DNA from: Nitrospirota bacterium
GTDB taxonomy: Bacteria > Nitrospirota > Nitrospiria > Nitrospirales > Nitrospiraceae
Reading direction: 5' to 3'
DNA: 64,000 bases
Assembly (NCBI GenBank): GCA_963741245.1
Contig: CAVUHR010000023.1
Coordinates: forward strand, 91,167-155,166
Below the pieces are notes generated by a model. It was not told the origin of the DNA. It saw only the letters and a program-made list of their open reading frames with translations, and ran no database searches. Within the stretch, counting starts at the first letter, position 1. The number at the start of each line of letters is the position of its first letter. The translations under genes and the position numbers were made by a program. This document shows positions 1 through 9,192 of the stretch, one piece after another.

Positions 1-395
1 GACGATCTTCACGCTCGGCGGGCGTTCGATGAGTTCGACTTCGTAACCATCTGGAGCATCGATGAAAATGAAGCGGCTGCCGGAAGAGGTTGTGGTCGGA
101 CCGTCCGTAATTCGAATCTGTTTGGCGCCGAGTTGTTCAATGGTGTCGTCAAGGTTCTCGACTTGGAAGGCCATGTGGACGAGGTCTTCCTGCACTCTCA
201 CCGGGCCACTTGACGGGAAGCTGCAAAGTTCGATCAGTTCCTCGCTGTTGGGTACCTTGAGAAAAGCCAGATGAGAGCCGCGCGGCGAGACCTTTCGCTC
301 CAGGACCTCCAGCCCAAGGACGTTGGTGTAGAAGTTGATCGTCTGGTCCATGTCGCTGACCCTCATGCGGGTGTGGAGAAATTTTTTGACGTGCA
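1..395 (-). CDS. gloA: Glyoxalase I / VOC-family lyase; C-terminus runs off the window
   Basis: Manual reverse translation from ATG (rc of 393-395): MHVKKFLHTRMRVSDMDQTINFYTNVLGLEVLE...HMAFQVENLD...FIDAPDGYEVELIERP. This is the typical glyoxalase I pattern. Absent from the ORF track because it is open at the edge. Confidence 0.7.
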
Positions 396-410
396 TCGGC
401 TCACTCCCCC

Positions 411-536
411 GCAGGCTGCTGAAAAATCCCTCCAGCTTCGTTCTCAGTCGTGCGAACCCCTCAACGTACCCTGCCCGCGTACGCCTCGGGGTTCGCACTC
501 CTTGCGGCCTTGCTGGAGGACTTTTTGAGCAGCCTG
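411..536. repeat. ~126-nt rod-like element with 25-nt terminal inverted repeats (copy A)
   Basis: GCAGGCTGCTGAAAAATCCCTCCAGC ... GCTGGAGGACTTTTTGAGCAGCCTG. Internal perfect 11-bp stem GTGCGAACCCC (450-460) / GGGGTTCGCAC (488-498). Confidence 0.75.
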
Positions 537-552
537 TAACTGGTTCGTATTT

Positions 553-753
553 CTAGAAGAGCCATACTAAGAACGTAAATGATATTCCGAACAGTATGAG
601 CCAACATAAGAAACCGATTACCACACACCAAGTGCCATGTGAGTTTGGGCTACTTAAGCCACATTGTTTTAGGACCCACCCACCGAGGCGGTACACTGCG
701 CCATCAGGAACAAAGGAGAGCAGTTCACCAAAGAATTCTATGAGAGAACTCAT
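553..753 (-). CDS. Hypothetical small membrane protein (66 aa)
   Basis: ORF with a hydrophobic C-terminal half. Its start overlaps the stop of the upstream GNAT gene. No recognisable motif. Confidence 0.3.
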   Translation of the reverse strand: MSSLIEFFGELLSFVPDGAVYRLGGWVLKQCGLSSPNSHGTWCVVIGFLCWLILFGISFTFLVWLF

Positions 754-1223
754 TTATTCCTCGCCGGGCCGCTGGTCTTGCGCAGCAGAATTTCGGCACT
801 GCCTGGGATCAGAAAGTTCGGCATGGGGCCGATCTCCTGGTAGCCCTGCTTCTTGTAAAAGTGCCGTGCTTGGTCGTTGAAATCCGATACGCAGGCGAAC
901 AGGTTCTTCGCCCTTGTGAAGACCGCCGCTTCGACGTGGGCGAGCAGAAGTCCCCCTAGCCCCTTGCCTCTCGCCCAGTCCGCCACTCCAAGCAGTTCTA
1001 CATAGTCGCCGAGCAAGAATTTCTGACGAACGACCACAATGCCGGCCGCTTTGCCGTTCTGGTCCACGACGTAGCTGTCACGCCCCTGTGGGAGCGGTGT
1101 GAAATAGCAGTCCCAGTCACTGGCGTGGTATCCCAGCCGTTTCCACGGGTCGGAGTCGGCGAGCAATTCAATGACGGTTGCCCGATCCTCCACCGTCATG
1201 GGCCGAACGGCCAGGTCGGTCAT
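750..1223 (-). CDS. GNAT-family N-acetyltransferase
   Basis: 157 aa. Acetyl-CoA motif region VELLGVADWARGKGLGGLLLAHVE. 4-nt overlap with the upstream gene. Confidence 0.8.
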   Translation of the reverse strand: MTDLAVRPMTVEDRATVIELLADSDPWKRLGYHASDWDCYFTPLPQGRDSYVVDQNGKAAGIVVVRQKFLLGDYVELLGVADWARGKGLGGLLLAHVEAAVFTRAKNLFACVSDFNDQARHFYKKQGYQEIGPMPNFLIPGSAEILLRKTSGPARNK

Positions 1224-1933
1224 GGGGCTGCCTGGTTACAAATTAAGAGATCGCTCATGGTCATGGGGGTGAGGTTACGCTCCGGCAAGAGATGTTGATG
1301 GAGATCTTGCACCACCTCTTGTGTATGTATGCCCTTCCCGTTGGCGTGCATTACAATGACGCTACCCTTCCGGACTAACTGCTTCAGTCGGTCTTCGATC
1401 CGGATCGCCGTGAGTGTTGGGTCGGGATCGCCGGACACAATATTCCAGAGAATGAACTGGAGACCGAGGGCGCGGGCCACGTTGACGGTGTCGTCGTTAA
1501 ACTCCCCATAAGGAGGGCGAAACAACGTCGCGTCATGACCGTACTTGGTTTTGAGCCGACGAACTGGTCCAAGAATTTCTTGCTTCTGCTCGTCCGTTGA
1601 GTGGAGCGGCAGATGGGCGTGGACCTCCCCATGGGTGCCGACTTCAAAGAACGGGATCTGGAGGAGGGCCCGTACTTGCTGGTCGTGTTTCGTCATCCAT
1701 TTTCCGGACATGAAGAAGGTGGCGGGGACCTTCTGCTCAATTAAATAGTCGATCAATAGCTGATCATAGCCCGCTCCGTTCCGCACTGGGCAGAGGTCGA
1801 ACGTCAACGCCACACCGGGACAGGAGGGTGGCCCAGACTTGATCACTTGGGCCTGCGTGAAGGAAGGCATCGCCGGAACAAGCAGCATCGTAAGGGCCAG
1901 GCATAATATCCCTGAGGATTCGCGCGGTCGCAT
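1220..1933 (-). CDS. Polysaccharide deacetylase (NodB-homology) family protein, secreted
   Basis: Signal peptide. Motifs ALTFDLCP, EVGTHGEVHAHL and LFRPPYGEFND. Confidence 0.8.
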   Translation of the reverse strand: MRPRESSGILCLALTMLLVPAMPSFTQAQVIKSGPPSCPGVALTFDLCPVRNGAGYDQLLIDYLIEQKVPATFFMSGKWMTKHDQQVRALLQIPFFEVGTHGEVHAHLPLHSTDEQKQEILGPVRRLKTKYGHDATLFRPPYGEFNDDTVNVARALGLQFILWNIVSGDPDPTLTAIRIEDRLKQLVRKGSVIVMHANGKGIHTQEVVQDLHQHLLPERNLTPMTMSDLLICNQAAP

Positions 1934-2006
1934 GGTGATGAGTATACCCGATCCAGGAGGCGAAGCCGAGTTGACGCTTCAATTCCCCCACTGTTACGGT
2001 GGTGGT

Positions 2007-3194
2007 ATGTTGTTGCCCAATTGGAGAATCGGCCGTGCGCTCGGCATCCCGATTCACGTGCATGCCTCCTGGTTCGTGGTGTTCTTCTTTGTGTCTTGGT
2101 CAATGGCGACGGGCTACTTGCCCGAGACTTTGCCGGGTCTGTCGGCTCCACGCTATTGGGGCATGGGTGGCATTGCTGCTCTGTTGTTGTTCCTCTCCGT
2201 ACTTTTACATGAGCTGGGACATTCCTATGTGGCGCTGCGCTACCAGATCCCTATCAGGCAGATTACCTTGTTCATCTTCGGGGGTATGGCGCATATGGGA
2301 AAGGAACCGCCCAGTCCGCGGGCCGAGTTTTTGATCGCGATCGCAGGACCGCTCGTGAGTTTGATTCTGGGGGCCGGTTGTCTCGGCGGAGCCATGGCCG
2401 TGGAATCATTGTTCGGGCAATCCAGGCTTCGAGGGCTCATCGTCCTCGGGAGCTTGCTCGGCATGGTGAATGTCCAGCTCGGACTATTTAACCTGATCCC
2501 GGGGTTCCCGTTAGATGGGGGACGTGTCTTACGGGCTGGACTGTGGGCCCGGAACAAGGATTTCAATCGAGCGACCAGTCAGGCCGCGCTCGCGGGAATA
2601 GGATTCGGTGTTGCTCTTGGGTTGATCGGCGCGGTCTTGATGGTGGGGGCTTGGTCCGGCGCTTTGGGACATTCCATCGCGACGAACGGGGGCTGGCTCA
2701 TCTTTATCGGCGCATTCCTCTTTTCGGCGGCCTTGGCGAGCAGACGGCAGGTAGCCCCGCGGATTTCGTTAGCGTCGGTGACGGTTCGTCAGGTCATGGT
2801 CCACCGCGTCGTGACCCTGCTACCGGATATGAGCGTGCAGGACGCGGTCGATCAATACTTTGTCGCGCATGGATTTAGTGGATTCCCAGTATGCGAGGAT
2901 GGACAGGTTCTTGGGGTGGTCACAGTGCGAGACGTGCAAGCACTATCCACAGCACTCTGGCCTTGGCGCCGCGTTCGCGAGATCATGTGCCCGGCGTCGT
3001 CGGCCTTCTGTGTCCCTCCGGACTGGTCTGTCATGCAGGCGATGGAACGCATGGTTCAGGGCGGGTGGGATCTTCTCGTGGTGATAGAGAACGAAAAGAT
3101 CGTAGGGCTCGTCACCCGATCGGCCATCGCTCACTTTCTCCAGCTTCGCGGATCGGAATCGTTAGGCGTTAGGGGTAAGGCGTCAGGCGCGTGA
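2007..3194 (+). CDS. Site-2 protease (peptidase M50) with C-terminal CBS pair
   Basis: HELGHSYVALRY (HExxH) and NLIPGFPLDGGR. The C-terminal ~130 aa is CBS-like. The ORF opens at 1839; ATG 2007 (MLLPNWRIGRALGIPIHVH) fits family N-termini. ATG 1932 is an alternative start. Confidence 0.8.
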   Translation: MLLPNWRIGRALGIPIHVHASWFVVFFFVSWSMATGYLPETLPGLSAPRYWGMGGIAALLLFLSVLLHELGHSYVALRYQIPIRQITLFIFGGMAHMGKEPPSPRAEFLIAIAGPLVSLILGAGCLGGAMAVESLFGQSRLRGLIVLGSLLGMVNVQLGLFNLIPGFPLDGGRVLRAGLWARNKDFNRATSQAALAGIGFGVALGLIGAVLMVGAWSGALGHSIATNGGWLIFIGAFLFSAALASRRQVAPRISLASVTVRQVMVHRVVTLLPDMSVQDAVDQYFVAHGFSGFPVCEDGQVLGVVTVRDVQALSTALWPWRRVREIMCPASSAFCVPPDWSVMQAMERMVQGGWDLLVVIENEKIVGLVTRSAIAHFLQLRGSESLGVRGKASGA

Positions 3195-3226
3195 GGCGTC
3201 AGAGGTAAGGGGCCTTCACGTCTTAC
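3161..3226. repeat. Heptamer-array hairpin, (GTNAGGC)n with an inverted arm
   Basis: GTTAGGC GTTAGGG GTAAGGC GTCAGGC..GTGAGGC GTCAGAG GTAAGGG, then GCCTTCAC GTCTTAC. Lies between convergent genes. The left arm overlaps the last codons of the M50 gene. Confidence 0.7.
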
Positions 3227-3228
3227 AA

Positions 3229-4587
3229 TTAGTCGTTCGCGCGGGCGATGGAAATGTTTTGCGCAATGGCAATACGCACGAGGTGGACCACGAGCAGAAA
3301 CCCGTAGACCACGCAGAAGAACTTGAAGGTGGCGCGGTAAAAGTCTGTCAAGAGGATGGGGAGGCAGAGAGCAAAGAGCAGGCTTGCAATCAGCGTCATG
3401 AAGGTCAACCGCTTGCAGAACTCATGGGGGGCTTCCCGGCCGATCTGTTTCAACGCGCGGGCATAGCGCTCGGCTCGTTGAAGTTTGGCTGCCTGCAGGG
3501 CGGCCTCGCCTGTGCCCCAGTAGCGCAAGTAGAAATAGCCACCCAAAATCAAGAGCCAAGGCAATGCCCACAAGGGCCAGTAGGTCGCTCCTCCGTAGGT
3601 CTCGCTGCTGAGCAAGGCGGCAAAGGAGGGGGCATAGAGCAATCCCAACACCAGCGGCAGAATGCGCTCATCATTCGGACGTTCCCCCTCCGGTCCGCCA
3701 TGAATCAGCTCCCGTTCAAATAGGGGGTAGCCGTACTTGAGGACTACGAGCGCGATGGCAGCGCTCATAGTCTTGTCAGGAACATAACGGATACAGTTCT
3801 GGAACCAATTCACCATCCACCAACTCAGACTTTCCCCCCAGGTAAATCCAAAGAGGGATTCGAGGTAGAGATGCGCAGTCTGTTCCCATTGGAGTACGCG
3901 CAGGTTCACTGACTCAGCGACATCGGGGTTCAAGGCAAAGGTCGTTTGTTCATGCAGTGCAGCCTGGACAAAGGTTCCCGGCAGGCTCATGACAAGCGCG
4001 CCGCCGACCCCAAAGATATAGAGGAACCAGGCATGGGACAGGGCGGAACTGCGTCCTGTGCGGAGATACTTTTGAAAGCCTGTTTGTCTGGCCATCCAAC
4101 CCCAATAACAGGCGCCGGTCATGCTCACCAGCGACCAGGGGAATATCACCACGTCCCCGCCGGTTTCCGGGTACAACAACCAGTTCACGACGGAATTCGA
4201 GAGGAGGGCCACGACGGCTCCCCACCAAGGGCCCAAGAGGAAGGCGACCAGCGCTGTTCCCGTCATGTCGAGAAACAGGATGCTCTCCAGATGCCGACTC
4301 AACGTGAGCCCAAGGTAGTTGAGGAGCAGGCCTGCTGCGACGATCACGCTGGTTTCGTACAAGAGGAGATAGGAGATACCACGGAAGGGCTTCGACGAAA
4401 AGAAATCGATCGTGGGAAACGGGTCAGAGGCCGGACGTTCGCTTGTGGAGGGTGACTTTCGTTCCTTCTTCGATGTCAGCCGGCTCTTGACATCCAGCAG
4501 CTTCTCCATGAGGGTCAACAGCGCCGCGATGAAGCCAATCACGGTGCCACCGAGCATGAGCATGTCTTTGCCGAAGTCTTCGGGCAT
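3229..4587 (-). CDS. Hypothetical multi-pass membrane protein (452 aa)
   Basis: Long ORF with many hydrophobic segments. No family motif recognised. Confidence 0.6.
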   Translation of the reverse strand: MPEDFGKDMLMLGGTVIGFIAALLTLMEKLLDVKSRLTSKKERKSPSTSERPASDPFPTIDFFSSKPFRGISYLLLYETSVIVAAGLLLNYLGLTLSRHLESILFLDMTGTALVAFLLGPWWGAVVALLSNSVVNWLLYPETGGDVVIFPWSLVSMTGACYWGWMARQTGFQKYLRTGRSSALSHAWFLYIFGVGGALVMSLPGTFVQAALHEQTTFALNPDVAESVNLRVLQWEQTAHLYLESLFGFTWGESLSWWMVNWFQNCIRYVPDKTMSAAIALVVLKYGYPLFERELIHGGPEGERPNDERILPLVLGLLYAPSFAALLSSETYGGATYWPLWALPWLLILGGYFYLRYWGTGEAALQAAKLQRAERYARALKQIGREAPHEFCKRLTFMTLIASLLFALCLPILLTDFYRATFKFFCVVYGFLLVVHLVRIAIAQNISIARAND

Positions 4588-4667
4588 GAGGCGGTTCCCT
4601 TGATATAGTACCGGTAGCCATTCTAGCTACGAAGGGATATCCCCGCCAGCAAAAGTCCAGAAGCCGA

Positions 4668-4762
4668 CAGTCTGATTTGGTTCATTTGGTTGCTCAGGTT
4701 GATTTGGTTTATCTGGTTTAACCAAATAAACAAAACAGACCAAACAAACCAAACAACAGTCT
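4668..4762. repeat. Nonamer-array palindrome, (NATTTGGTT)n / (AACCAAANN)n
   Basis: GATTTGGTT CATTTGGTT GCTCAGGTT GATTTGGTT TATCTGGTT -TAA- CCAAATAAA CAAAACAGA CCAAACAAA CCAAACAAC. Confidence 0.8.
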
Positions 4763-4764
4763 TC

Positions 4765-5649
4765 TTATGCTGGCGGACCTTTCGGCAAGGCCGGGTCTGA
4801 CTGAGCGGATCTCGTGGCTGCGGCTGACAGCGCCTGTGCCTGTTGCTGGAGGTGGTGGGCGACCTCGGCGCCGATCAGCAAGAGGGCCGCGGAGTAGTAG
4901 ACCCATAAGAGCAGCAGAATGACTTCCAAGAGGGATCCATAAAGGCGGGCGTATAGGGTCGCGTAGGTGCTATAGGTCACGAATAAGAGTTTGGCCGCGA
5001 CCCAGAGCAGACTAAACGTAAGCGCCCCGATCATTGCCTCGCGCCATTGCGGCCGCCGCCGTGGAACGAGGCGATATAACCCCGTGACTGTGAGGAAGGC
5101 CAGCGCGAAGGGGAGGGTATAGGTAAGGAACAGATCATGGGCTGCGAGTGCCAGGAGATCGAGCCCCCAGAGTCTTGGCGCATACCCCGTTAGGAAGTTG
5201 ACGATTTGGGTCGCGCCGTAGGAGAGCAGCAGCACGAGTCCTGTCACAGCGAGCGAAGCGACGGCGATACCGGTTGAGATGAGGGGATGGCGGCGCCAGG
5301 CACTCTCGAATACGACGTTCAACGCATAGTCGAGCTCATAGAACACCAACACGCTGAACCAGATGAACGTCAGAAACACGGCCCATCGGACGGTTTCTAA
5401 GTCGCTCACCCGATGCAACTCCTGTACGACATGTTCTCCCAGCGAAGGGATGAAGCCCTTGAGAAAACTGAGGAGGACCTGTTCCCCGATTACGTTCTGA
5501 CTCACCACGAAACTCAAGCCGTAGAGCAGGAGGAAGACGAGCGGGAAGAGGGAGAGCAAGGAGAAAAATGCAAGAGAGGCCGCCAGACTGGCGCACCCAT
5601 GGCGCAGAAATGATCGTACAAGGTCTAGGAGGAAACGAAAGGGCTGCAT
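4765..5649 (-). CDS. YihY/BrkB-family membrane protein
   Basis: N-terminus FLRHGCASLAASLAFFSLLSLFPLVFLLL and six predicted TM helices are typical of the YihY family. Confidence 0.75.
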   Translation of the reverse strand: MQPFRFLLDLVRSFLRHGCASLAASLAFFSLLSLFPLVFLLLYGLSFVVSQNVIGEQVLLSFLKGFIPSLGEHVVQELHRVSDLETVRWAVFLTFIWFSVLVFYELDYALNVVFESAWRRHPLISTGIAVASLAVTGLVLLLSYGATQIVNFLTGYAPRLWGLDLLALAAHDLFLTYTLPFALAFLTVTGLYRLVPRRRPQWREAMIGALTFSLLWVAAKLLFVTYSTYATLYARLYGSLLEVILLLLWVYYSAALLLIGAEVAHHLQQQAQALSAAATRSAQSDPALPKGPPA

Positions 5650-5907
5650 AAAGCGCGATGGGTGAATGGCTTGTCACCAACGTAACACGAGTCGCCCTCT
5701 CGTGCACCTGTCTAGCACGCATCATTCACGAAGGCTTGTTGGAGAAAGAAATTAATCGCGAGCTCGTCAGTTTCCGATCCCAATGCAAGTTTAGTTTTGA
5801 GATGGATTCCAAGTTCGAGGTATTGGTCTTTACTCTTACACATTCCTCTCCGTGGGTGCCGGGTGGTCCAAATCGAACTTCGCCGGGAGCGGCGGGGGCC
5901 CCGCCCG

Positions 5908-5995
5908 GCGTCCAGAGAAGGAAAGCCGGTACTGACCACCGCACCGTGGTCGTCAGACCACGGCGACGGGAATACCGGAAGGCTTCAGCTCTGGA
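5908..5995. other. Rod-like structured element downstream of nuoN
   Basis: Outer stem GTCCAGAG/CTCTGGAC and inner stem CCGGTA/TACCGG. The core GACCAC-CGCAC-CGTGGTC-GTCA-GACCACG allows two mutually exclusive hairpins. Confidence 0.4.
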
Positions 5996-6059
5996 CCGCC
6001 GTGAAAGGGGCGCCGCGTGAGGCGTGGGAGTGAAGGACCAGCCGGCACCCACTCCCCCT

Positions 6060-7547
6060 TTATTTGAGAGTCAGGACAGATTGGAGCGCGAAGCTGACGA
6101 GAGGGTTGGGAAAGAGGCCGAACAGAATCACGCCGGCGACGGCACAGGCCAACACGAAGGATAAAGCCGGCGAGGTCACGAGGCGTGGCGGCGCGACGGA
6201 TGAGGGATTCGGATCGCGCATATACATGACCATCACCACCCGCATGTAGTAGTAGGCCGATACGGCGGCAAAGATCAGGGCAATGGCGGCGAGCCATGCC
6301 AATCCTGCTTCGACTGCCGCCATGAACACATAGAATTTTCCGATGAAGCCTGCGGTCGGCGGAATGCCCGCGAGTGAGCCCATGAAGATCAGCATGAGGA
6401 AGGCAGCAAGCGGCTGGCGTTTTGCGAGTCCCGTGAAATCCTCGATCTCTTCTCCCTCGACCCCGTTTTTCCTGAGCATCCCGATGACGGCGAAGGCGCC
6501 GAGCGTCATGAACGAATAGAGGGCGAGATAAATCATGATGCTTGCGAGGCCGGGCGTTCCCCCGGACGCGCCGACCCCACGGCCTGCCGCCACAAAGCCG
6601 ATCAACGCGTAGCCGGCGTGCGCGATGCTGGAGTAGGCCAGCATCCGTTTGATGTTGGTCTGCACGATGGCGACGACATTGCCGAGCACCAGGGTGACAA
6701 CGGAGATGAGCAGGAACAGGAGCGACCAATCTGCCTTAAGCCCGCCGAGGCCTTCGACGAAGACACGCATGAATGCGGCAAAGCTGGCAGCTTTTGCGGC
6801 CACCGCCATGAAGGCCGTGACGGATGTTGGGGCGCCCTGATAGACGTCGGGCGTCCACATATGGAACGGCACCGCGGCGAGCTTAAAGCCGAAGCCGACC
6901 GCAATCAGAATCGTGGCGATCAGCACGAGGGGATCATCCGCCCCACGAGTTCCGATGGCGCCTGCGATCGATGCCAGCTTGGTGCTGCCGGCCAGGCCGT
7001 AGAGCAACGAGATGCCGTACAACAGAATCCCCGAGGAGAAGGCACCCAGGACGAAGTATTTGGCTGCGGCCTCCAGCGAACGAGGCTTAGAGCGGTTGAG
7101 CCCGGTCATCACATAGAGCGAGAGGGACATGAGCTCGGTTCCGAGATAAATCGTGAGCAAGTCGACACCGGAGACCATGACCATCATGCCGGAGAGGGCG
7201 AGGAGGATGAACCCATAGTATTCGCCGAGGTGTACGCGCTCCGCTTTCAGATAGGGCAGCGACATCAAAATGGTCAGGCCGGTCACGCCGTAGAGGAGGA
7301 TTTTCCAGAATCTGCCATAGGCATCGATCACCACCAGATCGCTAAACGCAGACACCCGGACATTCAGCACGTTGATCTGCCCGCCGGTGAGCCCAAGACA
7401 GAGGGCGAGAGCAGCCAGACTCAGCCAGGCCAGGAGATCTCGTCGCGAGGCTGGGGTGACGGGATCCAACGCGATGACGAGACAGGCTGTGACGACGACA
7501 ATGAGTTCGGGAAGCAGGGCCAAGAGGTCAGAGCCGTACAGACTCAT
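6060..7547 (-). CDS. nuoN: NADH-quinone oxidoreductase subunit N
   Basis: The ORF extends to 7898, but ATG 7547 (MSLYGSDLLALLPELIV) overlaps the nuoM stop as ATGA and gives the normal ~495 aa. Antiporter-like TM protein. Confidence 0.9.
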   Translation of the reverse strand: MSLYGSDLLALLPELIVVVTACLVIALDPVTPASRRDLLAWLSLAALALCLGLTGGQINVLNVRVSAFSDLVVIDAYGRFWKILLYGVTGLTILMSLPYLKAERVHLGEYYGFILLALSGMMVMVSGVDLLTIYLGTELMSLSLYVMTGLNRSKPRSLEAAAKYFVLGAFSSGILLYGISLLYGLAGSTKLASIAGAIGTRGADDPLVLIATILIAVGFGFKLAAVPFHMWTPDVYQGAPTSVTAFMAVAAKAASFAAFMRVFVEGLGGLKADWSLLFLLISVVTLVLGNVVAIVQTNIKRMLAYSSIAHAGYALIGFVAAGRGVGASGGTPGLASIMIYLALYSFMTLGAFAVIGMLRKNGVEGEEIEDFTGLAKRQPLAAFLMLIFMGSLAGIPPTAGFIGKFYVFMAAVEAGLAWLAAIALIFAAVSAYYYMRVVMVMYMRDPNPSSVAPPRLVTSPALSFVLACAVAGVILFGLFPNPLVSFALQSVLTLK

Positions 7548-9103
7548 CGCGATGTGCCTTGGGTCTTCAGCTGCTCTCCGCTGTCTGCCAGCAGTGGCGC
7601 TGTCACTCCGGCAGAGGGGTGGGCGGTCGGCGCGACCTTCGCGCGGGACATGGAGGCAATTGTGTTGGTCACGCTCTGGTGCATACGACTCACAAGCGGA
7701 TTCGGAAAGAGCCCGATCCAAAATATCAACAGGGCCAGTGGCACCAGCGTGGCGAGCTCCCTCAGGTTGAGGTCCCTGAGCTTCGGGAGGTGGTGGAGGG
7801 ATGGGACCCCGAAGACCACTCGCTGGAGCATCCATAGGAGATACGTGGCGGCGAGAATGATACCCAACGACGCAAAGGCAGTCGCGACCTTGCTCCATAG
7901 GAACGTGCCGACGAGCACGAGGAACTCTCCGACAAAACTATTGGTGCCGGGGAGACCGAGCGAGGACAAGGCGAAAATCACCAACAGAACGGCATACTGA
8001 GGCATCGGAGCAGCCAGTCCGACATTGTCGGCGATCAACCGGCTATGGGTGCGCTCATAGATTATGCCGACGCAGAGGAACAGCCCGCCGGTCGTAATCC
8101 CATGGTTGACCATTTGGAGGACGGCTCCTTCGATACCCTGCTGGTTCAAGACAAACAGGCCAAGGGTGACGAACCCCATGTGGCTCACGCTTGAATAGGC
8201 GATCAGTTTCTTGAGATCGACTTGGGCCAGAGCCATATAGGCGCCGTAGATGATCGCGATGATGGAGAGGGCGACCATCATGGGCGTGAAGGAGCGGCTA
8301 GCGTCCGGCAGCATCGGTAAACTGAATCGCAGAAATCCATAGGTGCCCATTTTCAGGAGGATGCTGGCGAGGATGACGCTGCCGGCGGTTGGGGCCTCGA
8401 CGTGGGCGTCCGGGAGCCAGGTGTGAAACGGAAACATGGGGACCTTCACCGCAAAGGCGGCGAAGAACGCCAGGAAGAGCCACGTTTGCAGCGAAGCGGG
8501 GTAGGTGCCCTGGCTTAAGGCGAGGATGTCGAACGTGTGCCCTCCATAAAAGTACAGGACGAGAATGGCAACGAGCAGGAGCAAACTCCCTGCGAGGGTG
8601 TACAGAAAGAACTTGATGGCCGCATAGAGCCGGTTGGACCCTCCCCAGACGCCGATGAGGAGGTACATCGGAATCAACATGGCCTCCCAAAACACATAGA
8701 ACAGCACGAAGTCCAACGCGACGAATACCCCCAGCATGGCCGTTTCCATGACGAGCAACATGGCCATGAAGCCTCGGACTCTTGTGGTGATCGCATCCCA
8801 GGATGCCAAGACACAGAGAGGCATGATTCCGGCGGTCATTAAGACCAGCGGCAGGCTGATCCCGTCAAGACCCAGGCTGTAGTAAATGGGAGGGGCCGTG
8901 ATCCAGGCGACATGTTCGGTGAACTGCATCTGACTGGCCTGTGGATCAAAAAGCCACCAGAGCGGGAGGGCAACGAACAGGTCGGCCAGGGTCGCGGCCA
9001 GCGCAATCCATCGAGCGGTCGATTCCGTCACGAAATACATCGCGATGGCTCCCGCAAGGGGAAGAACGAGGAGAAGTGAGAGCCAGGGAAAGGAACTGGT
9101 CAT
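7544..9103 (-). CDS. nuoM: NADH-quinone oxidoreductase subunit M
   Basis: 519 aa. Typical NuoM/ND4 sequence (WLPDAHVEAPTAGSVILA). Confidence 0.95.
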   Translation of the reverse strand: MTSSFPWLSLLLVLPLAGAIAMYFVTESTARWIALAATLADLFVALPLWWLFDPQASQMQFTEHVAWITAPPIYYSLGLDGISLPLVLMTAGIMPLCVLASWDAITTRVRGFMAMLLVMETAMLGVFVALDFVLFYVFWEAMLIPMYLLIGVWGGSNRLYAAIKFFLYTLAGSLLLLVAILVLYFYGGHTFDILALSQGTYPASLQTWLFLAFFAAFAVKVPMFPFHTWLPDAHVEAPTAGSVILASILLKMGTYGFLRFSLPMLPDASRSFTPMMVALSIIAIIYGAYMALAQVDLKKLIAYSSVSHMGFVTLGLFVLNQQGIEGAVLQMVNHGITTGGLFLCVGIIYERTHSRLIADNVGLAAPMPQYAVLLVIFALSSLGLPGTNSFVGEFLVLVGTFLWSKVATAFASLGIILAATYLLWMLQRVVFGVPSLHHLPKLRDLNLRELATLVPLALLIFWIGLFPNPLVSRMHQSVTNTIASMSRAKVAPTAHPSAGVTAPLLADSGEQLKTQGTSR

Positions 9104-9190
9104 TGGTCATTGGTCAATAGTCAATTGTCATTGGCAAGAGAACAGCTGTTCGTTGTTCCCATTGACCAGTGACCGCTGACCATTGACAAC
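9099..9190. repeat. Heptamer-array hairpin, (GGTCAWT)n, centred on GAACAGCTGTTC
   Basis: GGTCATT GGTCATT GGTCAAT AGTCAAT TGTCATT ... ATTGACC AGTGACC GCTGACC ATTGACA. Fills the nuoL-nuoM spacer and contains the nuoM start codon. Confidence 0.85.
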
Positions 9191-9192
9191 CC

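Noticed and set aside
7548-7898. N-terminal extensions of nuoN (612 aa), rpiA (352 aa), secA (977 aa), nuoB, nuoE, mnmE and mnmG in the ORF track.
   Set aside because: The extensions overlap upstream genes or repeat elements. Internal starts reproduce canonical family N-termini and normal lengths, often with stop/start overlap or an RBS.
6618-8000. 460-aa plus-strand ORF antisense to nuoN/nuoM. Similar long antisense ORFs occur at 15877-16788, 19714-20616 and 24736-26436.
   Set aside because: These are shadow ORFs typical of GC-rich DNA opposite well-supported genes. Their products are Arg/Gly/Asp/His-rich low-complexity sequence with no motifs.
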